The notes: generated by a model not told the origin, from the sequence alone. A stretch of DNA of 64,000 bases from Opitutales bacterium (GCA_965197745.1 CBDANS010000006.1:1024001-1088000), one strand, 5' to 3'. Shown: positions 22,672 to 32,744, counted from the first letter of the stretch. Made by a program: numbers and translations.

Positions 22672-23064
22672 GGGAAAGGGAAATGGAAGTTAATAAATCT
22701 GGATTTCAGGAGAACCTGTAAGAACAGCTTGAAAGCTGGTATAGTTATGGGAGTAGTATAAATATTGTGCCGAAGCCCGGGATTTTATTGCTGCGCGTAT
22801 GTATTCCGGACGCCACCACCTCCGCATTCGGAGTGAAGGCAAGCGAAAGACTATGTGGCTAAGCAGTGAATAGCGGGCAACGCTCGGTCAAAGGGGTATG
22901 GCAGTAAGTATCATGATCTACCTCACTAATTAATCGGTCCCCATGGTTACTCCTAATAATTGCTGCTGGCAATATTTATTTTCGCATCTCTATAACTACG
23001 GAAATTTATACTATCAATTAATCTAAAACGTAACCCTCTTAAGCGCGATCTCAATGAGGGTTAA

Positions 23065-23685
23065 TCATGGCGCGCCCTCGCTGATGCGGCGTTTTTCAGC
23101 CAGGTAGAAATCGCGGAGAGCGGCGAAGTCATCCTCCTGGGTGCGGCTGGTTATACAGTAATCATAATAGCTGCTTTGCTTGAGTTCACGCGCGGCCGTT
23201 TTAAGGCGCCTGGCGATTTCGGCATCTTCGTCATCACCCCGTTTTTGAAGGCGGTCTCTCAATTGCTCTATATCTTGTGGTTGAATGAAGATGGTCACCA
23301 GGTGCGGTGCGAGTAACGCGTCCGTTTTTGCCGCTTCACGAAAAGAGGCGGCCCCTTGCACGTCGATACTGAGCAGGAGATCGATATTTTTCGCCAGCTT
23401 TCCCTGGATTTCGCTTTTTAACGATCCATAGCGGTGATTATGCACCTGGGCCCATTCATAAAACGCGCCGCTTTTCACCTCATTTTCAAACGTCGGGGGA
23501 TCAAAAAAGTAGTAATCGACACCGTCTTTTTCGCCCTCGCGTCGCGGACGCGTCGTCGAGGTAATAACCCGTTGCAAGCGCGGTTGAAAAGCCTCCAGCA
23601 TGGCTGCGCAAAGCGTTGTCTTACCGCTTCCAGCGGGACCTGATAAGATAAGGAGCAGCGCCCGGTTCACGTCTTGAGGGAGCAT
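23065..23685 (-). CDS. gmk: Guanylate kinase
   Basis: SGPAGSGKT, TTRPRREGEKDGVDY and IDVQGA motifs. Confidence 0.95.
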   Translation of the reverse strand: MLPQDVNRALLLILSGPAGSGKTTLCAAMLEAFQPRLQRVITSTTRPRREGEKDGVDYYFFDPPTFENEVKSGAFYEWAQVHNHRYGSLKSEIQGKLAKNIDLLLSIDVQGAASFREAAKTDALLAPHLVTIFIQPQDIEQLRDRLQKRGDDEDAEIARRLKTAARELKQSSYYDYCITSRTQEDDFAALRDFYLAEKRRISEGAP

Positions 23686-23688
23686 CGC

Positions 23689-24225
23689 TCAGTAGCTAAA
23701 TGCGACGACACATAAAAGCAAACCATAAAGAGTAATGAAGGAGCCAATTCCGCTGGTGCGGCTGCGGCGTGTGAAGAGCCAATTAAAAAAATCACGCACC
23801 CGGTAAGGCACCACCCCCAGGTAGAGCGCGATAATAATACAGAGGTAGACAAAACTTACCATAAAGAGACGGGCTGCAGGTTCCTGCATATACGCGGCAT
23901 CGAGAAGAACACGGGCGCACATTAAAACGAGGATGACCGCGCCCCGCACCGCCAGGTAATCCTTGACGAATATAAATGAGAGAAAAGCGATACCAAAAAA
24001 AAGGATGAATAAAATATGGCGGTAATGACCGAAATCGGCCGCGCCCAGTTGCGTTACTTCATATAAAAACCATGCTGATCCGAGTCCCATGAGTAAAAAC
24101 GTGATGGGCGACGAACGCAGAGATTTTTTTGCCAAACGCTCGAATGCCGGGTTGTTCCACAGTAATAATATTCCTGTTATCAGGAGCAATATACCGGGCA
24201 AAAGGGTAGCGATGAAAAGCGACAT
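23689..24225 (-). CDS. Hypothetical membrane protein
   Basis: Multi-TM ORF. Start moved to ATG 24225 (MSLFIATLLPG) to avoid a 98-bp overlap with miaB. Confidence 0.7.
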   Translation of the reverse strand: MSLFIATLLPGILLLITGILLLWNNPAFERLAKKSLRSSPITFLLMGLGSAWFLYEVTQLGAADFGHYRHILFILFFGIAFLSFIFVKDYLAVRGAVILVLMCARVLLDAAYMQEPAARLFMVSFVYLCIIIALYLGVVPYRVRDFFNWLFTRRSRTSGIGSFITLYGLLLCVVAFSY

Positions 24226-24235
24226 AGCTGATACT

Positions 24236-25627
24236 TTATCCGGAAGGGATTGCCAGTGGAGTATCCTCTTCCACTCCTTTGACAAGGAGAGATCCCAATA
24301 GCGTGCTGGGTGAGGCCTTTTCAATCCTGACATTCACAAGTTCTCCTATCAGTCGCGAGCGGCCGGGAAAAATGACTTTACGGTTCCCCCGGGTGCGCCC
24401 CTGGAAGAGGCCGTCACCCTTACGCGCGGGTCCTTCCACTAAAATTTCCTGTGTCGTGCCGAGCAGCGACCGATTGCGGCGCAACGAACTTTGCTCGAGA
24501 ATATCCAGAAGTATTTTATTGCGCTTTTCTTTTACCCCCTGGGCCACTTGATCAGGTAACGCGGCAGCGGGTGTTCCCGTGCGCGTACTGTATTTGAATA
24601 TGTATGCCATATCATATGCTATTTCCTGGAAGAGGATTCGCGTTTGTTCAAAGTCCGATCCTGTTTCCCCCGGAAACCCCACAATGATATCTGTCGATAT
24701 ATACATGTCGGGAACAATGGCTCTTAAATCATCAACGATCTGTCTATAACGCTTCGAACTGTAGGGGCGATTCATTGCGCGCAACAGACGGTCCGACCCG
24801 CTCTGTATGGGAAGGTGAACGTACTCGCACAGCTTTGGCAGGTCGCGGTAGGCTTCTATGAGATCCTGTTTAAAACCCCGCGGGTGCGGTGATGTAAAGC
24901 GGATGCGTTCAAGGCCTTTTACTTCGTTTATGGCCTCAAGCAATTGGACAAAGGGGCTTATCTTATTTTTAAATGGAATTTCGCGCCGCCCGTAACTGGT
25001 TACAATTTGCCCGAGCAATGTCACTTCACGCGTTCCCTGTGAGACCAGTTCCTCGACCTCTTCAACAATTGCCGCGATGGGGCGACAGCGTTCGCGCCCG
25101 CGCGTTTTAGGGACAATGCAAAACGTGCAATTCATGTTGCAGCCTTGCATGATAGAAACGAATGCGCTGACCTGTCGTTGCCCAGGGACGTGGGGGCGTA
25201 TGGTGTTTTGCGATCCCTCCTCTTCCTCAAGGTCGACGATTGTCGCGGGCCGGGGTCCCTCTCCCTGGTAGCTGCGAATAAGGTTATCGAGATGATCGGG
25301 GACGCGGTGAAATTTCTGCGTGCCCACGAGCAAATCGAGATCGGGTAGTCGATCGAGAAGCGCCGCGCCCCGGTTTTGAGCCATGCATCCCATAATCCCA
25401 ATTATAAGATCGGAATTTTTACGTTTGCGCTTTGCCAGGTAACCGGTTTTCCCAATCGCTTTTTGTTCTGCCTGGTCACGCACCGCGCAGGTATTGAGTA
25501 ATACAACGTCGGCGTCGTGTTCATTATCCACCATGGCATAGCCGCGATTGCGAAGCATCGCCGCTACCGCCTCTGAATCGCGGTCGTTCATCTGGCAGCC
25601 GTATGTCTTGATATATACCCGGTTCAT
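24236..25627 (-). CDS. miaB: tRNA-2-methylthio-N6-dimethylallyladenosine synthase
   Basis: TYGCQMN, NTCAVR, CNMNCTFC radical SAM motif and C-terminal TRAM domain. Confidence 0.95.
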   Translation of the reverse strand: MNRVYIKTYGCQMNDRDSEAVAAMLRNRGYAMVDNEHDADVVLLNTCAVRDQAEQKAIGKTGYLAKRKRKNSDLIIGIMGCMAQNRGAALLDRLPDLDLLVGTQKFHRVPDHLDNLIRSYQGEGPRPATIVDLEEEEGSQNTIRPHVPGQRQVSAFVSIMQGCNMNCTFCIVPKTRGRERCRPIAAIVEEVEELVSQGTREVTLLGQIVTSYGRREIPFKNKISPFVQLLEAINEVKGLERIRFTSPHPRGFKQDLIEAYRDLPKLCEYVHLPIQSGSDRLLRAMNRPYSSKRYRQIVDDLRAIVPDMYISTDIIVGFPGETGSDFEQTRILFQEIAYDMAYIFKYSTRTGTPAAALPDQVAQGVKEKRNKILLDILEQSSLRRNRSLLGTTQEILVEGPARKGDGLFQGRTRGNRKVIFPGRSRLIGELVNVRIEKASPSTLLGSLLVKGVEEDTPLAIPSG

Positions 25628-25738
25628 GGTGAAAAGAAATTGGTATGCGAAATTGTAAACATGAGGTCAACCGAGAACTTGGATTGCGGCAAGTGAAGAA
25701 TGCGTACAGGACATAGATTGAGGAAAGAAGGAATGAGA

Positions 25739-27235
25739 CTAGAATAACTCTTTTACTTTAGGTTTGGTAACTTTTCCCATCACATTCCGGGGGAGTGAGG
25801 GCACTAATTTTAGACGACTGGGGATTTTATATTTGGCCAGGTGTTCACTCGCCCAGGAACGGAGGTCTTCCAGGGTTAAGACACAATCTTTTTTAATGAC
25901 GAGGGCAGAGCACACGCGTTCTCCCCACTCCTCATCACTTATTCCTACTACCGCGCACTCCGTAATAACGGGATGGGCTCGCAGTACTTCTTCAATCTCC
26001 AGGGCAGAAACTTTATAGCCGCCGGTTTTTATTATATCCGTGGAACTTCGGCCCAGAATTCGATAGCAATCATTTTTTCTTATCGCGATATCTCCGGTGC
26101 AAAACCATTCCGCCTGAAAAGCATTCAGGGTCGCTTCTTTGTCTTCCCAGTATTCGAGAAAAACGGTGTCTCCTTTGATCCGGATTTCACCCTCCTTCAA
26201 TTCGTCGGTAATGACTTCACCGGACTCCTCGATCAGCTGGAGTTCGACGCCCGGTAACGGAACACCGACGAAGCCGGGTCTTCTCTCACCGCAAAGCGGG
26301 TTGGAAAGAGCCATTCCGATCTCAGTCATCCCATAGCGTTCGAGCAGCGCGTGACCGCTGATCACTTGCCATTTTTCAAAAATGGTGACGGGCAGTGCCG
26401 CTGAACCGGAAACCATAAGACGCAATTTTTTACAGGCCGCCGTCATCCTTTCTTTATCTTTATTTCCTGCAGCTTCCCATACCGCAATTAACTTTACGTA
26501 AATGGTCGGCACCGCCATAAAGAGAGTGAATTCGCTGCTGATGAAACGCTGCCAGGTTTCTTCCGCGTCAAAGCGGGGGAGCATTTCACAGCGTGCCCCC
26601 ATCCATAATGCACAGCACAAAGCGTTGATAACGCCATGAATATGATGGAGTGGCAATAGATGCAGAATATGATCATTTTCCGACCATCCCCATGCTTCAA
26701 TAAGTGAAGTAATCTGCGCACAGATGTTCCGATGTGTCGTAACAACCCCCTTGGGGTTACTCGTGGTTCCGCTCGTATACAAAATCATCGCTCTGCGCTG
26801 CTCATCGACTAGGGGAAGTGAGACGGTGTTTAATGCGGTGTCCCTGTCGGGGGAAATTAATTCGATATTATGACGCTCGATGAGCGGCGCTATTTTTTTT
26901 TCGTAAACGGGATGCGCAATAATCGTTTTTATGCCCGCATTATTAATCACGTATTCAATTTCTGATAAGGGGTGCGACAGGCAGAGGGGTACCGCGATCC
27001 CTCCGGCCTGCCAGATGCCCCATTGCGCGGCCACAAAGTCAATTCCCGGGGGTGTTATGAAAGCGACCCTGGCCTCGCGCAGGTCGCTGACAGCGCCTAG
27101 CAATTGGGCGGTAATCCCCAGGGATCGAGTTAATAATTCACGGTAGCTGTGCGATCCCCCTTCATCAATAATGGCAACGCGCTCCCCGTGAGAAACGGCT
27201 CGGTTAATCAGGGGGATATTTGAAACTTGATTCAT
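25739..27235 (-). CDS. Acyl-CoA synthetase (malonyl-CoA synthetase MatB/ACSF3-like)
   Basis: YTSGTTSNPKG, ERYGMTE, TGD and PRNVMGK motifs. Confidence 0.85.
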   Translation of the reverse strand: MNQVSNIPLINRAVSHGERVAIIDEGGSHSYRELLTRSLGITAQLLGAVSDLREARVAFITPPGIDFVAAQWGIWQAGGIAVPLCLSHPLSEIEYVINNAGIKTIIAHPVYEKKIAPLIERHNIELISPDRDTALNTVSLPLVDEQRRAMILYTSGTTSNPKGVVTTHRNICAQITSLIEAWGWSENDHILHLLPLHHIHGVINALCCALWMGARCEMLPRFDAEETWQRFISSEFTLFMAVPTIYVKLIAVWEAAGNKDKERMTAACKKLRLMVSGSAALPVTIFEKWQVISGHALLERYGMTEIGMALSNPLCGERRPGFVGVPLPGVELQLIEESGEVITDELKEGEIRIKGDTVFLEYWEDKEATLNAFQAEWFCTGDIAIRKNDCYRILGRSSTDIIKTGGYKVSALEIEEVLRAHPVITECAVVGISDEEWGERVCSALVIKKDCVLTLEDLRSWASEHLAKYKIPSRLKLVPSLPRNVMGKVTKPKVKELF

Positions 27236-27346
27236 CCAACCGGGGATTATTATTACCTTATTTTGAAATCGGGCCTTTCCTAAAAGCGCGGACTTTCCAG
27301 TTTTAGAAACTTAGAGGAGATCGCGAGTGTGAGGAATAAAATAATG

Positions 27347-27774
27347 CTAACCCCATAACTCAATGCTATTTTTGTTCACATATTTTTCGAGAAGATTTCG
27401 CATAAATGAATTCACTTCTTCCTGCTCCTCCTGCAACAGGGTCACCACCCCGCCGCGGCGTTCATAGGGAGTGTAGAGGATGTCACTATCGGAGCGCTGT
27501 TTTTTTATGCGTTTGTAATAATCCGCGTTCATGCGAAAGACGCCAATGCTGACATCCCGAATCTTTTCTGCCGGTAACCGCGCAAATGTTTTCTCCACAC
27601 ACGCACTGTAAGTATCACGCCACTGGGGGATGCGTAATATCGGGTCGAAACAGAGACGCACTTGCCATCCATCTTCGATTGCCTGTGCCGCGCCCACCAG
27701 TCGACGTTCGAACGACGCCGTCTTTTTTTCATAACGATCAACAACGGGTTCGGGGGAAAGAGACCAGGCAAGGA
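27347..27774 (-). pseudogene. 3' half of SPL-like radical SAM gene split by an IS1595 element
   Basis: Joins in frame with 30788-31376 once the element and one TSD copy are removed (...HNKI|ILAWSLSPE...GWQVRLCFDPI). Confidence 0.88.
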
Positions 27775-27828
27775 TAATTTTAGGTAACTATCCCTTGACA
27801 ACATGTAAAATGTGTGTATATTAAAGGT

Positions 27829-28213
27829 ATGAATAAGATAAAAAATAATAAATTCGCGATTTCTAAATTTAATAAACAATACCCTGATGACAATACATGT
27901 CTTCACGAAATATTTTTAACTAAACACTCTAGCGATAAAGAATGTCATCACTGCCATAGACCATTCCGGTTTTATAAAGTAGCAAAACGCAAATGCTATG
28001 AATGTAGCTATTGCGGGTATCAGGTGCATCCTTTAGCCAATACGATCTTTCATAAATCATCGACACCGCTTAAAAATTGGTTCTTTGCTATCTATCTTTT
28101 CTCCGTTTCTAAAAATGGTGTATCAGCTAAGGAATTAGAAAGACAATTAGGTGTCACCTATAAGTGTGCTTACAGGATGGGAAAACAGATAAGGAAACTC
28201 TTTAATGAAAATA
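27829..28213 (+). pseudogene. IS1595 transposase, N-terminal part only
   Basis: Zn ribbon CHHC...CSYC, TIFHKS and KNGVSAKELERQLGVTYKCA; cut by the IS3 end at 28214, with no DDE domain found afterwards. Confidence 0.88.
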
Positions 28214-28242
28214 TGATCGGACCCCGTATTTCGTATCAAATT

Positions 28243-29245
28243 TTAAGTGAGAGAACTACCGGGTGTTAATGGTTTTAGGATTGATGTATATGAGAGATCT
28301 TGGCGCAGTGAGGGCGTAGCCCGAACGCGGCCAAGAGCGGAAAGGAATGTGACAAACTCTTGTGGGCTTTTAAAGCCTAATCGACTGTGGGGATGTTCAT
28401 TGTTATAGGTCTGACGCCATTGTTCTATTAGCACTTGCGCTTCAGCCACGCTGAGCAACACTTCACGGTTCAAACACTCATCGCGTAAGCGGTTGTGAAA
28501 CGACTCGATGAAACCGTTTTGCCAGGGACTGCCCGGATCGATATATATCGCCTTGATCTTTTTGTCGGACAACCACTGCTGCACCTGATGAGCAATGAAT
28601 GGCTTCGCATGTCGTCGCTTCGCTCCTCGGAACACTGCCGTTGTCACTGCGGATATAGCTAGGAACTCCCTCTTCATCGATGGTTTCGCTGAGTACCGAG
28701 AGAACATCGGTTGAGGTGAGCTGTCGAGCTACCCGGATGCGTAAACATTTACGCGTATATGTCTTCGCTTCGCTTGAGTGTCGTCGCTTTCAGCTCCTCG
28801 GTACATCGATCAAGGTCATCATCTTTAGCATACCGCCATTGTCTGTACGATCATGGACAAAGTCCCAGGACCAGACGTGATTGCGACCGGTTGCTTTAGT
28901 AGGGAGCCCAGTAGAGATCCCCTGACGGTGTCTACGCTTTTTTGGTGGCTTTACCTGTAAGCCCGAAGAACGTCGCACTGCCTGTACAAATTTCCTGCTT
29001 GCCGCCCAACCTTCTTTCACCAGCAAGGCACGAATGCGCCGGTAACCGTAACGGGGATGTTCCCAGGACAAGGTCAAAATCCGCTCGGCCAATTGCTGAG
29101 CCTTCTTACTGGCCTGCTTGGGTCGGTAGCTGTACGTTGACCAACTGAGGCTGAGATAAGCACAAGCCCTCTAAAACGAGCACAGCCCCTTCTCAGCCGC
29201 ATCTTTTACTGCTCGCTTCTTCTGCTTTGGGCTCACCATTTTTTT
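28243..29245 (-). pseudogene. IS3 orfB integrase, disrupted
   Basis: HPRYGYRR, WSWDFVHD, RSDNG and PWQNGFIESF motifs; in-frame TAG at 29171-29173 and two micro-insertions (28601-28632, 28761-28803). Confidence 0.88.
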
Positions 29246-29499
29246 GAGAGCGTTTCCTCCAACACCCGAAGCTTGAGCATTTGATCAGCGAGCATCTTCT
29301 TCAGCTCCGTATTCTCCTTTTCCAGCTCTTTAAATCGCTTCGCATCAGCCAGCTCCAAGTTGCCATACTTTTTGCCCCAGCGATAGAAGGTCTGTTCACT
29401 TAGGTTGTTGCCGTGGCAGACTTCCTGCACGGTTTTGCCCGTATCGGGCTGCCGCAGTATTGCTATGATCTGTTCTGTTGTATATCTTTTTCTTTTCAT
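29233..29499 (-). CDS. IS3 orfA (HTH)
   Basis: MKRKRYTTEQII...SEQTFYRW...ELEKENTELKKMLA...KKW. Confidence 0.88.
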   Translation of the reverse strand: MKRKRYTTEQIIAILRQPDTGKTVQEVCHGNNLSEQTFYRWGKKYGNLELADAKRFKELEKENTELKKMLADQMLKLRVLEETLSKKW

Positions 29500-29564
29500 T
29501 GAGGTTATCTGTTTATCCCGATAACCTCTCTCTGTTAATGATACCATTTTTGGGGGTCACTCCA

Positions 29565-29706
29565 TGTCTTTATCATTTATTGTAAAGAATATGTATGCAA
29601 ACAATGTCCCGATAACAGTTACCCCAAGAATAGCAACCACTCCTCTATAAAACCATTTGTCTTTCATAAATATTGGCCCTCCTTCATCATTTTTACTATC
29701 GTTCAT
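29565..29706 (-). pseudogene. Truncated small membrane-protein passenger gene
   Basis: MNDSKNDEGGPIFMKDKWFYRGVVAILGVTVIGTLFAYIFFTINDKD runs directly into the IS3 end. Confidence 0.5.
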
Positions 29707-29905
29707 GGCGATTTACATAAAAAAAATGCAACAGTTTATTTACTTCGTTATCTTCCATTATATTTAACGGGTGACCCTACATATCAGGAAGCCCAGAAAC
29801 GATTACGGGGGAAGTATTGATTTTTGCCATCAGGTAGTCAATAGCATTATTATTAGTTACTATTATTTCCTTTTCTTTTGGTTATAATTCAGCTTTTACT
29901 ATTCA

Positions 29906-30424
29906 ATGAGTAAAACACCGGAACAAATAGATAAGTTATTAGAAAATCCAGATTACTTATTTAAATTTCAAAATATATCTTGTGCTCCATATTCTAAAAA
30001 AACAGATTCTAAATATTTTAGTTTGGATATTGAAGCTTCATGGGTAGAACCTAATATTCAAGCTCAATTACCAAAATTTATAGTTAATAAAGGGCAACTT
30101 GATGAAGCACAACAAACTTTAAAATCATTCTTTATAAGAAAGGTTCCATACATTTCTCAGAGACGTAATGTGAATCCCGTCTTTGAAGCCATATCACCAG
30201 ATCGTGGGCTAAAACTAGCTCTTCTATCGGATAAATACAATTGCTTTTGTAAGGCTTTTTCTTGTTACTTCCATCCTTGTCAAGTAGATTCCTATTTACT
30301 AATAATCCGAGTAGTATCTCGATCCTATGCTGATAAGGGTTTTCTGGATTATACTTTTCAAATTTCATATAAACAACTTTCTGAAGTTCAGAAACTGATT
30401 TCAAAGCATTTTCCAATGTATTAG
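29906..30424 (+). CDS. Hypothetical passenger protein
   Basis: 172-aa ORF in AT-rich cargo of the IS1595 element; no recognisable motif. Confidence 0.55.
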   Translation: MSKTPEQIDKLLENPDYLFKFQNISCAPYSKKTDSKYFSLDIEASWVEPNIQAQLPKFIVNKGQLDEAQQTLKSFFIRKVPYISQRRNVNPVFEAISPDRGLKLALLSDKYNCFCKAFSCYFHPCQVDSYLLIIRVVSRSYADKGFLDYTFQISYKQLSEVQKLISKHFPMY

Positions 30425-30592
30425 CAAATTTAGAATCATAAACAAAAGATTCTTGAGAAGAATTCCCTTTAGTTTTAGTCATTTTCCTTATTTTTTATAT
30501 TATTTAATTTTGTAGGGCAGCACCCTCTTTCAATGGCTCCTATTCTAACGTCTTGGGTCAGGCCGCCTAATGGCGAGAAAGGAGTTATTGAA

Positions 30593-30706
30593 ATGGCTAA
30601 AACAAAATGTTATCCTAAAAGGATAGACAAAAAGACGGGGCCGAAGACTGTGCCAGTAAAACGGCACAAACGTTCGACCCCTAAAAAGACTGGCAAAAAA
30701 TGCTAG
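30593..30706 (+). CDS. Small basic peptide (37 aa) in a structured transcript
   Basis: AAAGGAG SD followed by MAKTKCYPKRIDKKTGPKTVPVKRHKRSTPKKTGKKC; below the ORF-track cutoff. Confidence 0.6.
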   Translation: MAKTKCYPKRIDKKTGPKTVPVKRHKRSTPKKTGKKC

Positions 30707-30787
30707 TCTTTGATTGGTTGGTATTGGGTGCTGTCCTACTCTTGTAAAGTTGATTGGTGTTATACATGTTGTTAAGGGATAGTTACC

Positions 30788-31376
30788 TAATTTTATTATG
30801 CGGAGTAAGATCGGAGAAGGCGCGGTAATTCGCGCTTTTAGTGCGGATCTCTACAAGCAGATTATCTTTTTTTTCGCTGTATGAAATCCATTCATGGCAG
30901 TAAGGGACAAATGATTCAAACGCCAGTAAATCGGTGTCGTAAGAGATGGCGAGGTAGAGCGGTGTGTCGGGGTGTGCCCGTTGGTCAATGGCGTCATCAG
31001 TCGCAGAGAAAAAATCCTCAAGGTTAACAAAGACAACGATGTTGGCCGATGGATACATGCCCTGAAGGTAGCAGTAATCACAATTATAAATACAGTTTAG
31101 AATGAGCGCATTGTAATGGAAATTAGGATAGCCAAAGTCCTGCGCGTTGCTGCTGCCCGGATAAATCAAATTACTTTTTTTAACCGCGAGGATGAGTTTC
31201 ATCCCGCGCTTCTGGTTCTGAAAATGCTGACCGGGGCGGGCAAAGACATTTTTGTAGTTATTGATTGTCACCCGTTCGGCCTTAGGAAAACGCCGCAATA
31301 AGGTTTCTGTCAGGGGATATTTTTCAGCCGCCTTTTCAATGTAGAGGTGAGAAAAATTACTCAACCGTGAGTTCAT
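30788..31376 (-). pseudogene. 5' half of SPL-like radical SAM gene
   Basis: CIYNCDYCYLQGM radical SAM motif, SYDTDLLA and EIRTKS; ends at the TSD. Confidence 0.88.
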
Positions 31377-32187
31377 GCTTAATGGATTCCAGGACGCGGT
31401 TGCGTTCCGCCTTGTTCTTCACTTTGCTTTTAAGATAGGACTCCAACCCATCCAGGCCGTGTCGTTGACGGACAATATAGCCTTCAGCCCAATCTTTTAA
31501 CTGGTGCCTCTGGGTGGTGGTCAGCTTGAGTGATGCACCGAGTTGGGTTAAAAGGGAAGCGTCATCCCTGCTCATGAGTGATGGCCTCGAATTCAATATG
31601 ACCGTCAAATCCAGGATAAAGGCAAAGGGCTCCAGGCAGCCTTCAATTTTTTCTCTAATGAGGGACTTATTTATTTTTCCCCCTTCTAAATGGTCTGAGA
31701 TGAGCTTGAGGCACAAGATATTCTGGAGCGGTATCAAGGTAGAGGCCGCCATGAAAAACCCGCTCGCCTCCATGTCGACCATGTCGGAGGACGGGGACAC
31801 TGCACCTGCGATTACAGGGCTGTCAAATGTAGTCACCGAGGCTTCGCGCAGGTTATGCTTGAGAATTATTTCCGGATAGAAATCACGCTTTGTGTCAGCT
31901 TCGGTTATTTTCTTTATATAAACAAGTTCCCCTGTCGGCCGGCGGGTATCGCAGCACCCGCATAGCCCGAAATTAATGGCGATGGTATTTTCGGGGGACT
32001 CAGTTTGGGCTAAAATAAAAGTCGTTGCTATCGCCGCCTTCACTTTTCCTGTTCCGCTTACGACAAGACAGGTATCACCGATGCGATAGAGAGGAACACG
32101 ATGAGACTGCGGATCTTTTTTTAATCCAAAATATTGAATCAGCGGTCTTGCTTCCTCATGGAGCGCGGTAATGATGGCCTTGATCAT
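31357..32187 (-). CDS. Nucleoside phosphorylase / MTA-SAH nucleosidase-like protein
   Basis: [29 protein letters not shown] and KLISD motifs; overlaps the start of the radical SAM gene. Confidence 0.8.
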   Translation of the reverse strand: MIKAIITALHEEARPLIQYFGLKKDPQSHRVPLYRIGDTCLVVSGTGKVKAAIATTFILAQTESPENTIAINFGLCGCCDTRRPTGELVYIKKITEADTKRDFYPEIILKHNLREASVTTFDSPVIAGAVSPSSDMVDMEASGFFMAASTLIPLQNILCLKLISDHLEGGKINKSLIREKIEGCLEPFAFILDLTVILNSRPSLMSRDDASLLTQLGASLKLTTTQRHQLKDWAEGYIVRQRHGLDGLESYLKSKVKNKAERNRVLESIKHELTVE

Positions 32188-32222
32188 GGGTCCTGTTAGA
32201 ATTATTCTGCTTAAAAGATCCT

Positions 32223-32744
32223 ATGGTTGGCGATAAAATAGATATAATTGAAGGGGACATCACCCGGCTGAAGGTAGGGGCTATTGTCAATGCCGCAAAT
32301 AACCGGTTGCTTGGCGGGGGTGGTGTAGACGGGGCTATCCATCGGGCCGCGGGGCCGGAATTACTGGAAGAATGTCGTGCCCTCGAGGGCTGCGCGACGG
32401 GAGAGGCGAAAATAACACGCGGCTACCAGTTGCCCGCTGAACATGTCATTCATGCCGTGGGACCTGTATGGCATGGCGGCAATCGTGGGGAAGCGGAATT
32501 GCTTGCCGGTTGTTACCGGAACAGTTTGCGTCTCGCCGTGGAAAAAGGACTGCGGTCTATCGCCTTCCCCTCAATCAGTACCGGCATCTATGGCTATCCA
32601 CTGGAAGCGGCAACACGTGTCGCTCTCACTGAAACAGGAAATTTTTTGGAAAATGATTCCCCGATAGAAAAAGTTATCTTTGCCTGTTACCCGCCCGAAA
32701 ACGCGACTGTTTACCGTAAAATATGCGAAGAACTATTCGGTTGA
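32223..32744 (+). CDS. Macro-domain O-acetyl-ADP-ribose deacetylase
   Basis: [20 protein letters not shown] and [10 protein letters not shown] motifs. Confidence 0.92.
   Translation: MVGDKIDIIEGDITRLKVGAIVNAANNRLLGGGGVDGAIHRAAGPELLEECRALEGCATGEAKITRGYQLPAEHVIHAVGPVWHGGNRGEAELLAGCYRNSLRLAVEKGLRSIAFPSISTGIYGYPLEAATRVALTETGNFLENDSPIEKVIFACYPPENATVYRKICEELFG

Larger units (their letters stand above)
28214..29564 (-). mobile_element. IS3-family (IS407-like) insertion sequence, inactivated
   Basis: TG...CA ends with imperfect IRs (TGATCGGACCCC / TGGAGTGACCCC), orfA, A7 slippery site at 29239-29245, and orfB with DDE motifs. Confidence 0.9.
27783..30787 (+). mobile_element. IS1595-family element with passenger genes, defective
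   Basis: 25-bp terminal IRs GGTAACTATCCCTT(G/A)ACAACATGTA with one mismatch; 8-bp TSD TAATTTTA at 27775-27782 and 30788-30795. Confidence 0.92.

Noticed and set aside
22690..22827. Minus-strand 45-aa ORF MRRWWRP... upstream of the ABC exporter as a possible Trp attenuator leader
   Set aside because: No clear SD or terminator/antiterminator was seen, and the downstream gene is unrelated to Trp synthesis. It needs homolog evidence.
24226..24333. N-terminal extension of the membrane protein overlapping miaB
   Set aside because: The downstream ATG at 24225 gives a clean operon arrangement.
30132..30482. 116-aa minus-strand ORF in the IS cargo
   Set aside because: It is largely antisense to the longer 29906-30424 ORF and has no motif; probably a shadow ORF, though I cannot exclude it.
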